Source: Nageia nagi (lineage: Eukaryota > Plantae > Pinophyta). Taken from it: a DNA stretch of 64,000 nucleotides. Position 1 is the stretch's first letter. Each line of letters opens with the position of its first letter. Of the stretch, positions 38,204 to 51,567 are shown piece by piece. The notes below the pieces were generated by a model. The model saw only the letters and a program-made list of their open reading frames with translations, was not told where the DNA came from and did not search any database. The stretch covers positions 95,790,001-95,854,000 of the forward strand of contig JBITNC010000001.1 in NCBI GenBank assembly GCA_050084985.1, written 5' to 3'. The position numbers were made by a program, and so were the translations under genes.

Positions 38204-41200
38204 ACACTTAAGGGATATAATTATCCTAAGGTAATTTCCTATTTTTCATATGAAATAATTAAAATATTAAAAAAAAAGAACTTGAAACATAAAAATAATT
38301 TTGACAAAGAAAATCAACATTCTAATCACATCTATAGTCATTGATGAATTAAGCAACTTCATATTGGTTGAATATGTGTGGGGTTGTTTGTTAATCCCCT
38401 TAAACATTTTTTTTTATTCCAAAATTCTCTTTTGGTAATGATAATATTACAACATGTGGACTATTTCTATAGGTACCATTGATTCCTTTAAAAAGAAAAT
38501 CTTAGAAAATCTCACTAATTACAATTTTGATAAACATTTAGTTAAAATAAAGGATCTTTACATTGGTAAGATATTTTCAAAGAGTATATTTGATGTATTC
38601 AAGAGGAATACTAGGAATTATAAACATAATACATTGTATAAAGGGGTGTCATCTAATATTATATATGGAAATATAATGTAAATAGATAATGAATGGTCAA
38701 CTTATGACATAAATCTCTATGATAGTTTTATAGGGATAAAATAAACTCATAAACAAGGTTAGACATAATAATTCCTTGATTTTATCATAATCATGTATTT
38801 AAGAGGAATGTGGGTTTATGCAGGAAGATCTATGATAGGATGAAAAATACTTGTAATATAGCTCAACAAAATATTATCAATATATATTTTTAGGGTTTAC
38901 CATGATATCCAAGATGAAAACTTCTTGAATTGGTTCAGATCCTATTTCACTTAGGTTTTGATAAGGAAAGAGTATGATATTAAGAAGAATAAATTGATTT
39001 TACCTTAGTTTAATTTCAAACTTATAAGCTCATAAGTCATTAGATGCTTTAGATTTAACAAAGCTATTGTAGTCTTCATCAATATCTATTCAAAGTAAAA
39101 CTAGTTGCATGTCTAAATTTTGATATATTGATTTTATTTGCCAAGGTCTTATTTACTATTTATCAATAAATGAATGGAACATTTAAATAGGAATCTACAA
39201 AATCAAATATTAAAAATATTTAATAATAAAATAGTTTTATCAATATTAATCAAGATGATCATTTTAATTCAATATATAAGATACAATACAATAGGAAACA
39301 TCATAACATTAATGGTCGAATCCACCAAGTGGAATTGAATCAAGGTAGGGGATGATTAAGAAATAAAACATAAGATATGAGCTCTATACAAAGGAGTACA
39401 ATCCCAACTAGACTACTTGAAACTATTACAAAACATTGTTATAATGGATGCCTAAAGTATTTAGAGGATTATAAGATAGATAAAAGATATTCAAGGATCA
39501 ATTTGTTAACATAAAAATAATTAAGTCAACCAAAGGAAATTATAGGAATTCAATTGGTTTAAATAGATCTAAGTCTTGTCTCATTGAATTAAAGTTCATA
39601 GTCAAATCGAGAGAGGAAGTAGATGGGTAAGAATTATCTTTGATCTACAAAGTAATTGAGAGGAATAAAAATGAATCAAATGTAGTTTGTGTAGTCAGTA
39701 AGTAGTAGGGTAGGTGCTTATGAGAAATTGAATATAAAGTTATTTGATCATTACCAACATTATTTCATATCAATAAGAGTACGAAAAAAAAAATCTAAAT
39801 CTATCTGTATAAATATATTTAGATAAATTGGTTGTCAAAATTGACTTTCCACATTTATCTTTTGATATAGAGAAGGAATACCCCTCACTTTACTTATGTC
39901 TCAAATTGACACAAGGTAGTTCAATCTCAAGTCAATTGTTTTATTTTATACTTATTTTTAATAATAAGAATAATATTAAATTTAATCCACATTAAATGCC
40001 AATTTAACTTTTAATATCATAATTAATACTATTTTTTATAAGGTAAATTGAAGGAAGTTTTTATACAAGGGATCCAAAACCTATATTTACAAAATTATGT
40101 TAAAAAAATATATCAAAATTGTTTTAATTTATAATCATTACTTGGAGAGAAATAATCATCATATGAGGTGCTCCTTCATAATTTTTTAAAGAACGTGTTT
40201 CTCTAGCTATAGTCTCAATTATGAGTGTCAATAGAATTCATACCTTTGGGGCTATATGCAAATTGTGATGAGGATGATGAGCTAGTCTAACTCCACTTAG
40301 GAACCTCATATTTTCCTATAACATGGGGCAACCATGTAACCAATGTTAATAATACTTGTTAGGGGATTGTCCATACATGTATCTACATTAATCTCATAAT
40401 TTATTATTGGAGGAATTAACCATATTAGTTTTGTAATAAAGCCTCTTATTGATGAGTTTGCCAACCTCCATCATCATAACTTCATTTAAAAAATCCAAAG
40501 AAAGATTAGATGGGATAATTAATGCTATATTCAATATTTAAGTCAATATTATACCATTAAATATTGCTTTTAATTTTAATGTTATATTTTAATATTATGT
40601 GTAAGTTCCAATTCCTTTACATGTATAGAAAGTTTTTAATTTTGAATTTATCCTCTAAGAACCAAATGGAAAATTTATCTCACAAAATCCAAATCATATC
40701 AGGAAAAACTTAGTTATTTACAAAAACTAGTGCTTGAATAATAAAAAAAATATTGAGAACCCAATATCAAGTGGTAAGGGAAAGAAAGGTCTTAAGCTTC
40801 ATAGTCCAACTCAAAACATGATTACTAGGAACCATAGAAAAGGAAAATTGGTGTATGTATTGAACCAAAATAGGGAAAACCCTCTAACTAGGAGATAAAA
40901 TAAAGAGAGGTAGTAACAAAAATAGCTAATGGAATTGAATCCATTCTAAATTTGATGGAAAGAAAATACCCACCAAAGATAAGAAATGAAAGTGTTATCT
41001 TGGAACATAAGAGGACGCAATGCCCCTTCACTATTGGAAGAGCAATTCACATCTCAAGGAGACTATGGAGAGAAAGAGCTCTTAGATTCATCTTAGAAGG
41101 ATGTGATTTCTTCCCAATACTCACCCTCTCAAGGAGAAACCTATATTAGTGAAGACGTTGTAGCATATTGAGTCCAAAAGAGATATGTGGGTAGATCACA

Positions 41201-42729
41201 TGTTGGAAGTTTCTAAGTAAAGTTCTTTAGATATGAAAGGAGTAACAACTTGTTAGTCTTTCTTACAATTGTCTTAGCTATATATTTTTACAAATTTTAT
41301 GAATCAATTTGGAGTTCAAATGTAATACATATCACTCTTCTTGTAAAACGTTTAGGGACCTTTCAACATCCCTTCTTTAAAACTTAATAAGAAAAATATT
41401 TTAATGTTATGTGTAGTATTTTAATATTCATTTTTGGTGTTTATAAGTTTACTACCCATGATATCATTATTTGCTAGCCATATAAATAGAAATAAAATAT
41501 TATTGTACTAAAGAAAATATCATTATAATATTATCCTAGAAAATATATTGAAGGACTTGTAGAATTGAGAAGTTTTCCTTTGAAGTGGAATTGGAGCCAT
41601 TTCTTCTTTATAGAATTCCATATGGTGCTTCCCTATCTTAAGGTTCATATTCAATGTATTATTCTCTCTTGTTGATTGTTCTATTACAATTATTTATAAA
41701 TGTTACATATTATTATAATTATTGGTTGGTTTATGACAAGTGGTACTAGAGAATGGATCTTGGTTATTTGAAGATAAAAAAATAATATCATTTTCCCTTT
41801 GGAGGACCAAGTAAAATATAGATATCTCACTCATGATTAAGTTTTCTTTTTTTTCATGAAATTTAGAGGGTTAACAAAAAAAACATACTCATAAAGTTGC
41901 ACTCCAATTTTCAAACAAATTGGATATATTGAAAAAATTATAAATATTTTAAGTTTTATAGTAAATGTGTTCCCTAAAGCACAAAATAATAAGTTCATTT
42001 GTATATCAATGCATTCTTCATTAGACTATATCTTTTAGTGGAAGTATTGTAGTGCATAACAATTACTAGTTCAATTTGAAGAGAATTATGAGAGCTTGAA
42101 ATAAAGGGATCATTCATCAAATGCTAAGAGTAATTTTTAAAGCTATGATTTTATGAGGTTGAGTAATATTTTTTATGAAATTTATCTTATGAAAAAATTT
42201 AGAATTTTATCGGCCTATATCGTTTAGAAGAAGTGTCATAGTTTAGTAATTTATGGTTGTTTCGAAGAGAACTTCAAGAGCTTCAAATGAAGGTTTGTTT
42301 TATCAAATTTTGAGAATTATGAAGTTATATATTTTGAAGCTTAGATAGTTAGCTTATAACTTAATAGGGTATGAACTATAAAGTACAAGCTAGTACCTAA
42401 ATATTTGCTCAAAAATATTTTTATTTTTTCGATTCCATAAAGATACCTAATTTAAAAATTAAAAAGGCAAACATATGTATAGCTGCAAAATATTTAAGAA
42501 ACAAAATTTGGTAAGTGTTCAATGCAAAATAACAAAAATGAATAATGAATCAAGATGAAAGTTTATGAATCTACTCATTGAAAATTATTTATAAACTGAA
42601 TGCTTATAATGAAAAAAAGTATTTGCTCCAAAATTTAGAAGAAAAAAAAATGAATTAACTTTCATTATAAATCCTTTAATATTGATGGTTAAAAAGTGCA
42701 TAAAAAAAAAAAAGAAATTATTTTTTTTA

Positions 42730-43277
42730 GTAGATCTTACAACTAATTAAAACTTCATCAACAGAATTTGACATAATGTTTGCATCTTTTAAACATGGAA
42801 AAGTTAAAACTTTATGATGGTGAGAAATTAATTCATTCGATGATTTCAAACTAGTGTGATAGGATCACTGTAATCTTAGGAAGGAAGCGACAGCTTGTCC
42901 TGTTTCTATTTAAAAACATTAATTAAGAACAATGATTGTTCTCCATATTCCAAATAAACCGAATGGCTCCATAGATTTGTCAGAAAATAATAGGTCCCTA
43001 GATTCGTTGCTTGAGATCTAGAAAAGGTGATATGGCATATTGAGAATGAATTACTCTAGTTTCTTGTCTTCTCTATATTGTTAGCAGTCGTATGATAAAC
43101 ACATTTGAGCAGATAAATCCAGACAGTGTTGAGTGTCCATCCGTGTGTGACTTGTCATGTAGTAAAGGGAATGAGTGCCAGAATCCAGATACGTCCAGAT
43201 CAAGAAAGCTTCACAGCGATCATATAGGGGAGATGAATGTGTAGGCGACAAAATTATGTACCAACTTTGTACTGGGT
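42730..43277. other. Conserved core, copy 2 (internal indels, last part deleted)
   Basis: Near-identical to 8603-8866 and 8874-8990. Extra sequence at ~42995-43023 and ~43141-43180. Lacks the equivalent of ~9127-9325. Confidence 0.8.
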
Positions 43278-43801
43278 AGTGATGGATTTGGACGTTGAAA
43301 CTATTATCATTTGATATATGTTATCTATCTTTGAAGGAACATGTGTGTTCAAGTGGACCTTTCTAAGGATCAAAGAGTTTTTTGTCTATAAGTTGGGAAT
43401 ACTTGCATTCTTTAGAAGGTTGTGGGTGCCTTTTGGAATACATGTTATCATTGTTAATTTGTGATCTAAAAGATTAAGGATCATCTTTTCATAGAGGATT
43501 ATTTCAATCTATATCATTCAATTTCATCTTTGATCTTTGTTATTCCTACATAAGTAAATAATGGAGGCTAAGATGAATGCACAATCATTTCTAACCACAA
43601 AATAAACATGTAAATGTTGTTACTCTATATGTCTCCCTAAGAAACCTTTGACTCTTTCAGCTCTCTTGCTTTTCCTACACTCTTAGCTTATCCCAAACTT
43701 TCAATCCCTCTACCACCTCAACCCCTTTAACCTTCTACTTCCATCTTCTTATATCCCCACCCTACCATCTCTGCTACTTCTCGGACCATCATTGTTTTCT
43801 C

Positions 43802-44224
43802 TAAAGAGTCTTATCTAAATCTATTCTGAAATTATAGTGCAGAAACGAATTTATCAAAACACAACAATCTCACAAACACAAGGAATACATGATATTTACC
43901 TTGATTCACCTAGTGTGGGCTACTCCAATATGTTAAGAGCTTCTTCTTTTTCTATATTATTGGTTACAATGAATAGTACAATACATCATAATTGGCTTAT
44001 TACAATAAATATATAGGAAAACTCTCAACCCTAAACCACAATGTGGTATTAGAAAACCATGGGCTAAACTACCCATCCTCACACTTAGACAAAACCTTAG
44101 AAATCCCATTAACGATCATGTGAAAATAGGCGAATCTCAAGTGAATCCCCAAAAATATTTTCTTGGGGCCAAGGTAGGGGCCAATGTATAGTACTTCCTC
44201 TATAAACATGAGCCATATCCAACA
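43802..44224. mobile_element. Solo LTR (423 bp)
   Basis: TA...CA ends (TG mutated); perfect TSD TTCTC (43797-43801, 44225-44229). Empty site ggttttctcg(c/t)caag in copies 1 and 3. Confidence 0.85.
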
Positions 44225-44471
44225 TTCTCACCAAGTTTATCAACCATATATTAATATTCAAATGGACCCTTAAGTTCTCAATCCTCAATGATTATCCAAC
44301 ACTTGTGCAACCTAGCTTGAGCTAGAGAAAGTTCTCCTCTAAAGAATCATCACCAAGCATACTTCCTTCAAGAGAGCTATGATTGCTTTATTTTAAACAT
44401 GTTTCAATCTCTCATGGATTTGGAGGATGAAAAGATAATCTATGGATCTATATGATCCTTAATGATATCCC

Positions 44472-46690
44472 ATGATATTTCTATCATGAAATATCAAAGA
44501 GTTGATGGACGAAATGCTTAGTATAAAAAAATTATCCAACATAACTCATTATTATGGAAATTTCAATTACCACTACCTTTAGGAAGTTAAAGTTATAGAT
44601 TTTATTTTGGAGGATATATGTAACTTTATTTGGCTAGATAATCACTTTTATGTTGCTAGTCATTCTCTTAGGTGAGGAGGAGCCATACTTTTCATGCAAT
44701 TTCAATGGAATTTCCATTTTATTGTTTGGGGAGTAGATCCATCCAATTATGCCATATGGATTCTTATAGAAATTAATGGGAAACCATCTAGTATAGTTAA
44801 TGTTTATGCTATAATAATGCTTACAATAGATGTAATATATGGAAATGATTTATTTTTCTCTATATCCCATGCAATGTGGGTCCTATGTGGTGACCTTAAT
44901 ATGATTGAGAGGGGATTTGATAAAGTCAACCATCTTCTGATGATATGTATTATAGAGTACTGGGAAGCTTGGTAATTAATGAAGAATAAACTAGATTTAT
45001 CATATTTTACTTATTTCTTTTTGCCTTATGATTTCCCTAACCATTTATGGTTCATGTTTTCTAACCTTAAAATTGTTTTCTTTAGAGTTATGAAACATCT
45101 TGATTAGGCTATGTTGTCTAATCAATAATTCTCCCAATTTTCTCAGCTTTTCAATTCTGCATCCTTTATTGAAGCCATCTTAGATACCATCAACTCTCAT
45201 CATGCTCACACCATTTTTGTCAACCTTAGCTTTCCTTTTCATGTCAATTTAAGTTGTGAATGTATACTAACAATTCATTTCTCCATCATCCATCATAGTT
45301 ATTCATATTTGTATATTTTAGAACCTTTTTCCTTAACCTATTTGAGATATTGGATGGATTGAATTATGGAACAATGCCATTCATTGAACAACTTATATCT
45401 CACAAATTCTTGGGTGGAAGTTGGCTAGGATAAGATGATATTTTATTTCTATTTTTAAGTTCTTTAAAGCTTCTCTTAATCTTAAATATTTCCCTTTAAA
45501 TGTCTTTCTAGAAGTACATGTGGTCAAGTTGCAACATAAACTAAAATGAGCTAAATTATCCTTCTTGATTACAAAAAGCTCTCTTTGGAAGGTAAGTTCT
45601 AGATTTATTCGAAGGTGCTAGCTACCACTAGTCATGTTTACTATATTTATGGGTACCATCTAAGGCCAACTACTAAGAGTTAGTAAATATTTTATAGGAC
45701 TTCTTATGATCAATTTATTCTTGAAAGGTTAAGGTTTTCACCTAGTGGCTTTGGTTATTTACTACCTTCCCAAATTTTTAGGGGTATGAGTCTCCTTGAC
45801 AATAAATTTCAAATCATGAAACTCTATGTCAAATGGATCATTAGAGTATTAAAGGAGGGCGAGCCTTGAAAATTTCTCATCTATTGTTTCATCTTTACTA
45901 TCTCCCCCTTTGATCATAAAGATTGAAAAGGGTTAACTTTTCCTTTATTGTTGATAGCAATAGTTTCTATCAAAATGTTAGGTTCATTTATTCTCAAAAT
46001 TATTTTCCTAGCTTGAGAGGCTATTAAGCTTTAGCTTAGATAGAAAGGTAATGATTTTAGGAATAGGTTATCCATAAATGTCCTCAATCTTTGGTGGTCC
46101 CCTATTTTAACCCTATAGGAAAATCCATTTGCCCAAGTATATGGATTCATACACAAAGGTTTTAATTCGAACATTGGATTGAATTCCTTAAGATAATTTT
46201 AAGAATAATTTCAAATTTAAAAGTTTAGATAAGAAACATTTGGAATCATCAATGAATACAAACTTAATTACAACTACACAAACTAGGCATCTATTCTTAG
46301 AGACCCTAGTGGAAGTATTGGATATGGTATGTTGATATACTTATACATAACTAGATGGCCATACAAGGTTACTCACGTGGAGAAAAATAATGAGAGACAG
46401 GGTCTTCATTCTTCTAGGTCTCTTTAGGCCTTCGAGTTTTAGATAATTTGTATCTCCTACTTGAAGCTTAGCAATATTTATTCACTTGGAGTCTAAAGAT
46501 TATTTTATTAATCTTTCCCAACCTTTTTTACCCAATATTTTCCCTAGTAATAAGTTATTTTGGGAGATAAACTAGATTTTATATTTTTTATTTTTTTGTT
46601 GAAGTTTGGCATATCTTTTGAATCAGCATATTTTTCATTCTGAAAAGTAAAAAATAAAACTATTTTTTCTACATGTTCTCATATTATTTC
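44472..46690 (+). mobile_element. Ancient L1-type LINE remnant in the unit, copy 2
   Basis: L*EVK, IVNVYA and WVLCGDLNMIE (~44877); homologous to 10546 onward. Confidence 0.6.
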
Positions 46691-47802
46691 CTTTTGTATT
46701 TATGATAAAGTTACAATTATATTTGATGTGCTTTTTATATCTCTTTTTAGTTTGATAAGGTGTGATGGAGCTTGATCATTTATGGAAACTTATTGGTCAC
46801 TAAGATATACCCTTTCATGATGAGTCATATCCCACATGAGTAGTCTTCTAGGTATAGATCTCAATCTTTCCAACATCATCATCAAACTGTACATGGATAC
46901 TCTAGATCCTCAACCCACATTGATTCATAACCATTACATCCTACATTATCTATTATAACTCATCATAGTAGTGACTGGGATACACACTCTAAAGAATAAA
47001 ACTCATCATTTCAAGGGGTTACTTCCAAGGACATAAGATGCATGAGATCAGACAATGTTCTCTTATCATAACGATGGTGTCCCATCCTATTCTTATCAAA
47101 ACTAATCATAGATGATGATGATCAAAACACACCTTCCAACATGATTTAAATATAATTTCTTAAGATGCTCCTATAGTTTCAAACACAAAATAATATTATT
47201 TTTTGTTTATTCCTAAACTAGTATTAGGGTTAGTTTGAATAACTCATATAAAGGTTTCCTTATCCAACCATATTTTTTGATGTAAATTTATTATATTTAT
47301 TTTGAATATAATGCCTTTTCATCAAAAGAAGAGTGAAAAAAAGAAGATATATATATATATATATACTTCAATAAATTGGATGGATTGTTACACTTTAAAA
47401 TAAGTTTCAATAATGGTTGAATAAGTGTATGATTGAATTTGTAATAATGGTTTAAGGATAGACCATTTATAACAATATGACATGGTACAATAATTATGAG
47501 GGTATATTAGATTTATTTTAGAGAAATATTATGAGTTTTAGATCATAATATACTACATAAAAGGGGTCCATATTATATTATATGTAGGTATAAAATGTAA
47601 AGAGATAATTAAAAGCCAACTTGTGATATATCTCTCTAATAGGGTTTACTACCTATGATGTCATTATTTTATATGCATATAAGGCAAATGTCATTACAAC
47701 ATCATTGTGGAAAATATATTGAAAGACTTAAATATTTAGGAGGATTTTCCTTGAAGTTTCTATTAGATTTATTACTTTATTAAGGAATATTATATGGTGT
47801 TT

Positions 47803-48301
47803 TGATGCACCTTGCTGGAGCCATAACTTTTGACTGTGATGTCTATTTGTATTGAAATTTAAAACATGGTCTGTGTGCATGTTTTGCATATGGCTTAACT
47901 TAGTTATGCCACACCCTCCAAAAATCATATTTTTGGGACCTAACTCCGCCATCTAGTGTACCAAAGTTAGCTTTTACTTTATGTTCTCAAGATTTTTAGG
48001 CTTTTTTGCATGTTAGAACTTTAATATCTTTTGTTTTACATTCAGTTAATTCTAGATATTTTAAATTAAGGGTAATTTTGTAAAGGGGATGCACATACTA
48101 ATTTTGGTGATGTAATTAGACTCATTTCTATTTTTGGCAGGTTTATATTTGTAACAGGTTACTATATGAAGGATTGTATTCTCTTTGAGAAGTATTGTGA
48201 ATTCAAGAATGAGAAGAGAATTGTTTCCAAGTTTCTTCCATTATAATACATTTATGTGATTGGAGTCCATTTTTTTGTCTCTTGTATCTGAATTCACATC
48301 A
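47803..48301. mobile_element. Solo LTR (499 bp)
   Basis: TGATG...CATCA termini; perfect TSD TGTTT (47798-47802, 48302-48306). Empty site tgatgttttcttatc at 60621. Confidence 0.9.
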
Positions 48302-51058
48302 TGTTTTCTTATCATAAAGGTTCATATTTGATAAGTTATTCTCTCTTATTGACTATTCTATTGTATTTATTTAGCAAAGACAAAAAATAAGCCACATGGA
48401 AAATTGCAAGGATTTTTTATATAGGAACTCAAAACTTGTTATTACAAAATTTCAATAGTTTAGACAACATTTTAATACTATTTTTTGGGTAACAAAATAC
48501 CATTATTTATATCACATTACATTTCCTACATGTTATTTAGTATCCTAAAATAGGATAATTATTTTTTACACATTTTAAACTTATGGGGAATCTTTCCCTT
48601 TTGAATGGGATTGCTACTAAAACCATAACATTTAGGCTTGTTATTTTTGCAATAGTAAAAATTCATTATTCTATTTTCATTTAGAATAATTATCATACTT
48701 CAACTACCTATGCATTAAGAGGCTTGTACCTTTAGCTTGTTACATCAGGATCCATTTTCATGTATGAGGATATATTTTATAAGATTTCTTATTAAAATTT
48801 GAGAGTACGCTACTCCTAAAGCTATTTAGGTTATTTTCTTATTATCAACAACTTGTTTGTTTATTTATTTTTCCCTCACCTCTTCCTCACTCAGCATAAA
48901 ATATATTTTTATCCTAGATCAAATTTCTTTGATGCATTTCAAGTTACCAAATGCCATTCTTGAGAAATTGTATTTCTTTTACTATAGTTTCTTTCAAATC
49001 TAATTAGAGCTTAGACTCCTTATTGTGATATGATACTATTCTCCTTTGTTAATATATTTCCTTCTTGATTTTACATTGATCCAACCTTCATTATTAGGAT
49101 GTCCATTTTAACTTCACATTATCCATATTTTCTTCAATAATTCTATTCCTAATATTTGGTTCCTTTTTCATATCCTTACATATGGTTACCACCTAGATTC
49201 TCCTTATGCATACCTATCCAACTTATATTTAGTTAATGGTTCCTTTCATATCATTATTAAGGATTTTTACTTCCTCTAATTTTTTGGTTTCTAATTCACC
49301 ATCTATTTCTTGAGTCTTCGTTATTTACAAATTCTCTATGATTTTACTTGTTGGATAAGATCCTAGTTATGGCCAACATGCTCATAAGTCAGGCACATGT
49401 AATTTTTATTTTCATATAATAGTTCATGGATCCATTCTCATACTTTTTATTCTAACATTATTGCCATTGGAAGTTTTACTCCAAATTCCACCATGTCATA
49501 AAACCTTATATTCACCATTTGAGTTTGGGATTTTATGACCTCATCTGATGACATAATTTTTGAAAGGATCTTGTAATACACTCAAACACATTTTGTACCA
49601 AAATTTGAATGGATGATATGGAAGGGTAACCAAATTAGATCCATCATAGTTTGATCTTTGAATGGGTTGAATCTTGGGTTCCATTTTTTGATAAACAAAC
49701 CTCACTTACCAAAAAACTAATATGAGCTTAAAATAAAGTCCATATCTTTGCATTGACAAAGGTGAAAATGATGTAATCATAGGTATTACATTGATATAGA
49801 GGCTTCCTTTAATATTTCATCTTTATTTTTCCATTTATAAATCATGTCAATATTTGGCCTAGCTTCATGAAGTTTTCCAATCAAATTGTAATACTCTTTT
49901 TTTATCAATTGATGAACCCTCCTTCATTAAGAGGAATTAAATCAGGTAATATTTCTCTATTAATGGTATAATATTCTTCTTCTTTATGTTGTATGCATCT
50001 TTTTATATTTCATTTCAATCCTTATGATCTTCAATACCTGATATTTCTTCAAAACTTATCTACACAATGCTTACAAGCTATCATTATTGCATGCTTATTA
50101 TCATATGAAAAATAAAAAATAAAAAATGCAATAGTAGATCTAATCTAAAAATTAAATATGCATTAATGGATCTACATTATAAACTTATAACATGCATAAA
50201 CCAATTCTATGGTGGAAATCTAATATGCATTATCAAATCTACCATGCAATGCAAAAAACATTCTATGTTATGATGATGATCTATATCAAAATCCTAATAG
50301 AAGCTAATCTAATAATAGTAGTAATAAAAATTAATATCAACATTGTGCTTAGTAGATAAAGAGAATTGTAGTGTCACTATGATAGTATGATAAATAAAAT
50401 GAAAAGAAGAGTTGTAAAAGGAGAGAGATATGCCTACTTATAGATAGTATTGGCCAATTAGGGTTTCATAAAGTTTCCTATATTAAGAAGACTCAAAAAT
50501 AGGCAATTAAGTTTATTTTTAGCAAACACTAAGAAGAACATATAGTTGGACCTTAGATAGTTAATTTTTTCTATTTCAAGATGAGGAAAACAAAGTGAAA
50601 ATAAAGACTAAAACTAGCCTAAGAATCAATCAACAAATTTTGGATCAACATGCCAATTAGGCAAGGTGATTGATGGGCCAATTTATGAGTTAGTAGGCCA
50701 ATTAGGACCATACATAAATATGAGGAATAAATATGAACATGTTAAATATATATACTTGGCTACAAATCTATTGTAAATATTGTGTGAAAGATAAGTGAAT
50801 GACCCTAATAACATTTACTACTATTCTATCTCATTTTTACAAGTCATAACAAATATATCTCATGGTGTCAACATAAATACATGTAGTTAGAGTGTGTTTA
50901 GGAAGTTAGAATTTTCATGTTTATTTAAATTCTCTATAATATATTTTTACGTATATAATGTTAATAACTCAAAATTCATCCAAAAATAAAATATAAAACT
51001 TATTTGAATTGGGTTTATCATATGAACTGTTCCCAATGTATCCAAAATCATTCATGAA

Positions 51059-51060
51059 TA

Positions 51061-51100
<40 letters not shown>

Positions 51101-51106
51101 ATATAT
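51059..51106. repeat. Imperfect (TA)n microsatellite
   Basis: Direct reading; expanded relative to the other copies. Confidence 0.85.
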
Positions 51107-51319
51107 GCATTAATTTTTATAATATTAATCAATGAGTTGATTATTAAAATTAAGTTTGTTATCTACTTTATATATATATATTTTTTAAAATAACCTTCTA
51201 ACTTGTATTTATAATATTAATTTTACATATGTCTAGATTGAGGAATATGATTTCTTATGCATGATTTGCTTAGTGTGATTATATTTTGAATTTGATTTTT
51301 TATTCAATTGTAGAATATT

Positions 51320-51567
51320 TTTTGTTATTGAATTTTTGTCCCTTGATACAGGACACATGAACTCTTAAGCTTAGAGCTACAATTGAGGGGCATCCATGCC
51401 ATCAAAATCCATCAGGGGAACGATCCCACCTCATCCGTAGCTACCATCAACTCATAGGATTTTAGTATGTTTCAAATTTTAGGGGCAAAGTGTTTTGAAC
51501 CTAGGCCCCCTGTATCAGAGAGCTTTGAACTACCCACCTCTCCAACTTCCCTATCCATTAATTCATC
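51320..51567 (-). mobile_element. tRNA-derived SINE
   Basis: TSD TTGTAGAATATT (51308-51319, 51568-51579). Minus strand A-box-like TGGAGAGGTGG (51544-51534), B-box GGTTCAAAAC (51501-51492), A-rich tail. Absent from copies 1 and 4. Confidence 0.8.

Larger units (their letters stand above)
23006..50235. repeat. Large tandem repeat, copy 2 (with insertions)
   Basis: Colinear with copy 1 once the Gypsy element, LINE fragment and two solo LTRs are removed. Confidence 0.92.

Noticed and set aside
44027-44037. Telomere-like AACCCTAAACC (also GGTTAGGGTTA at ~2424)
   Set aside because: Single telo-box-like motifs inside LTRs, not arrays.
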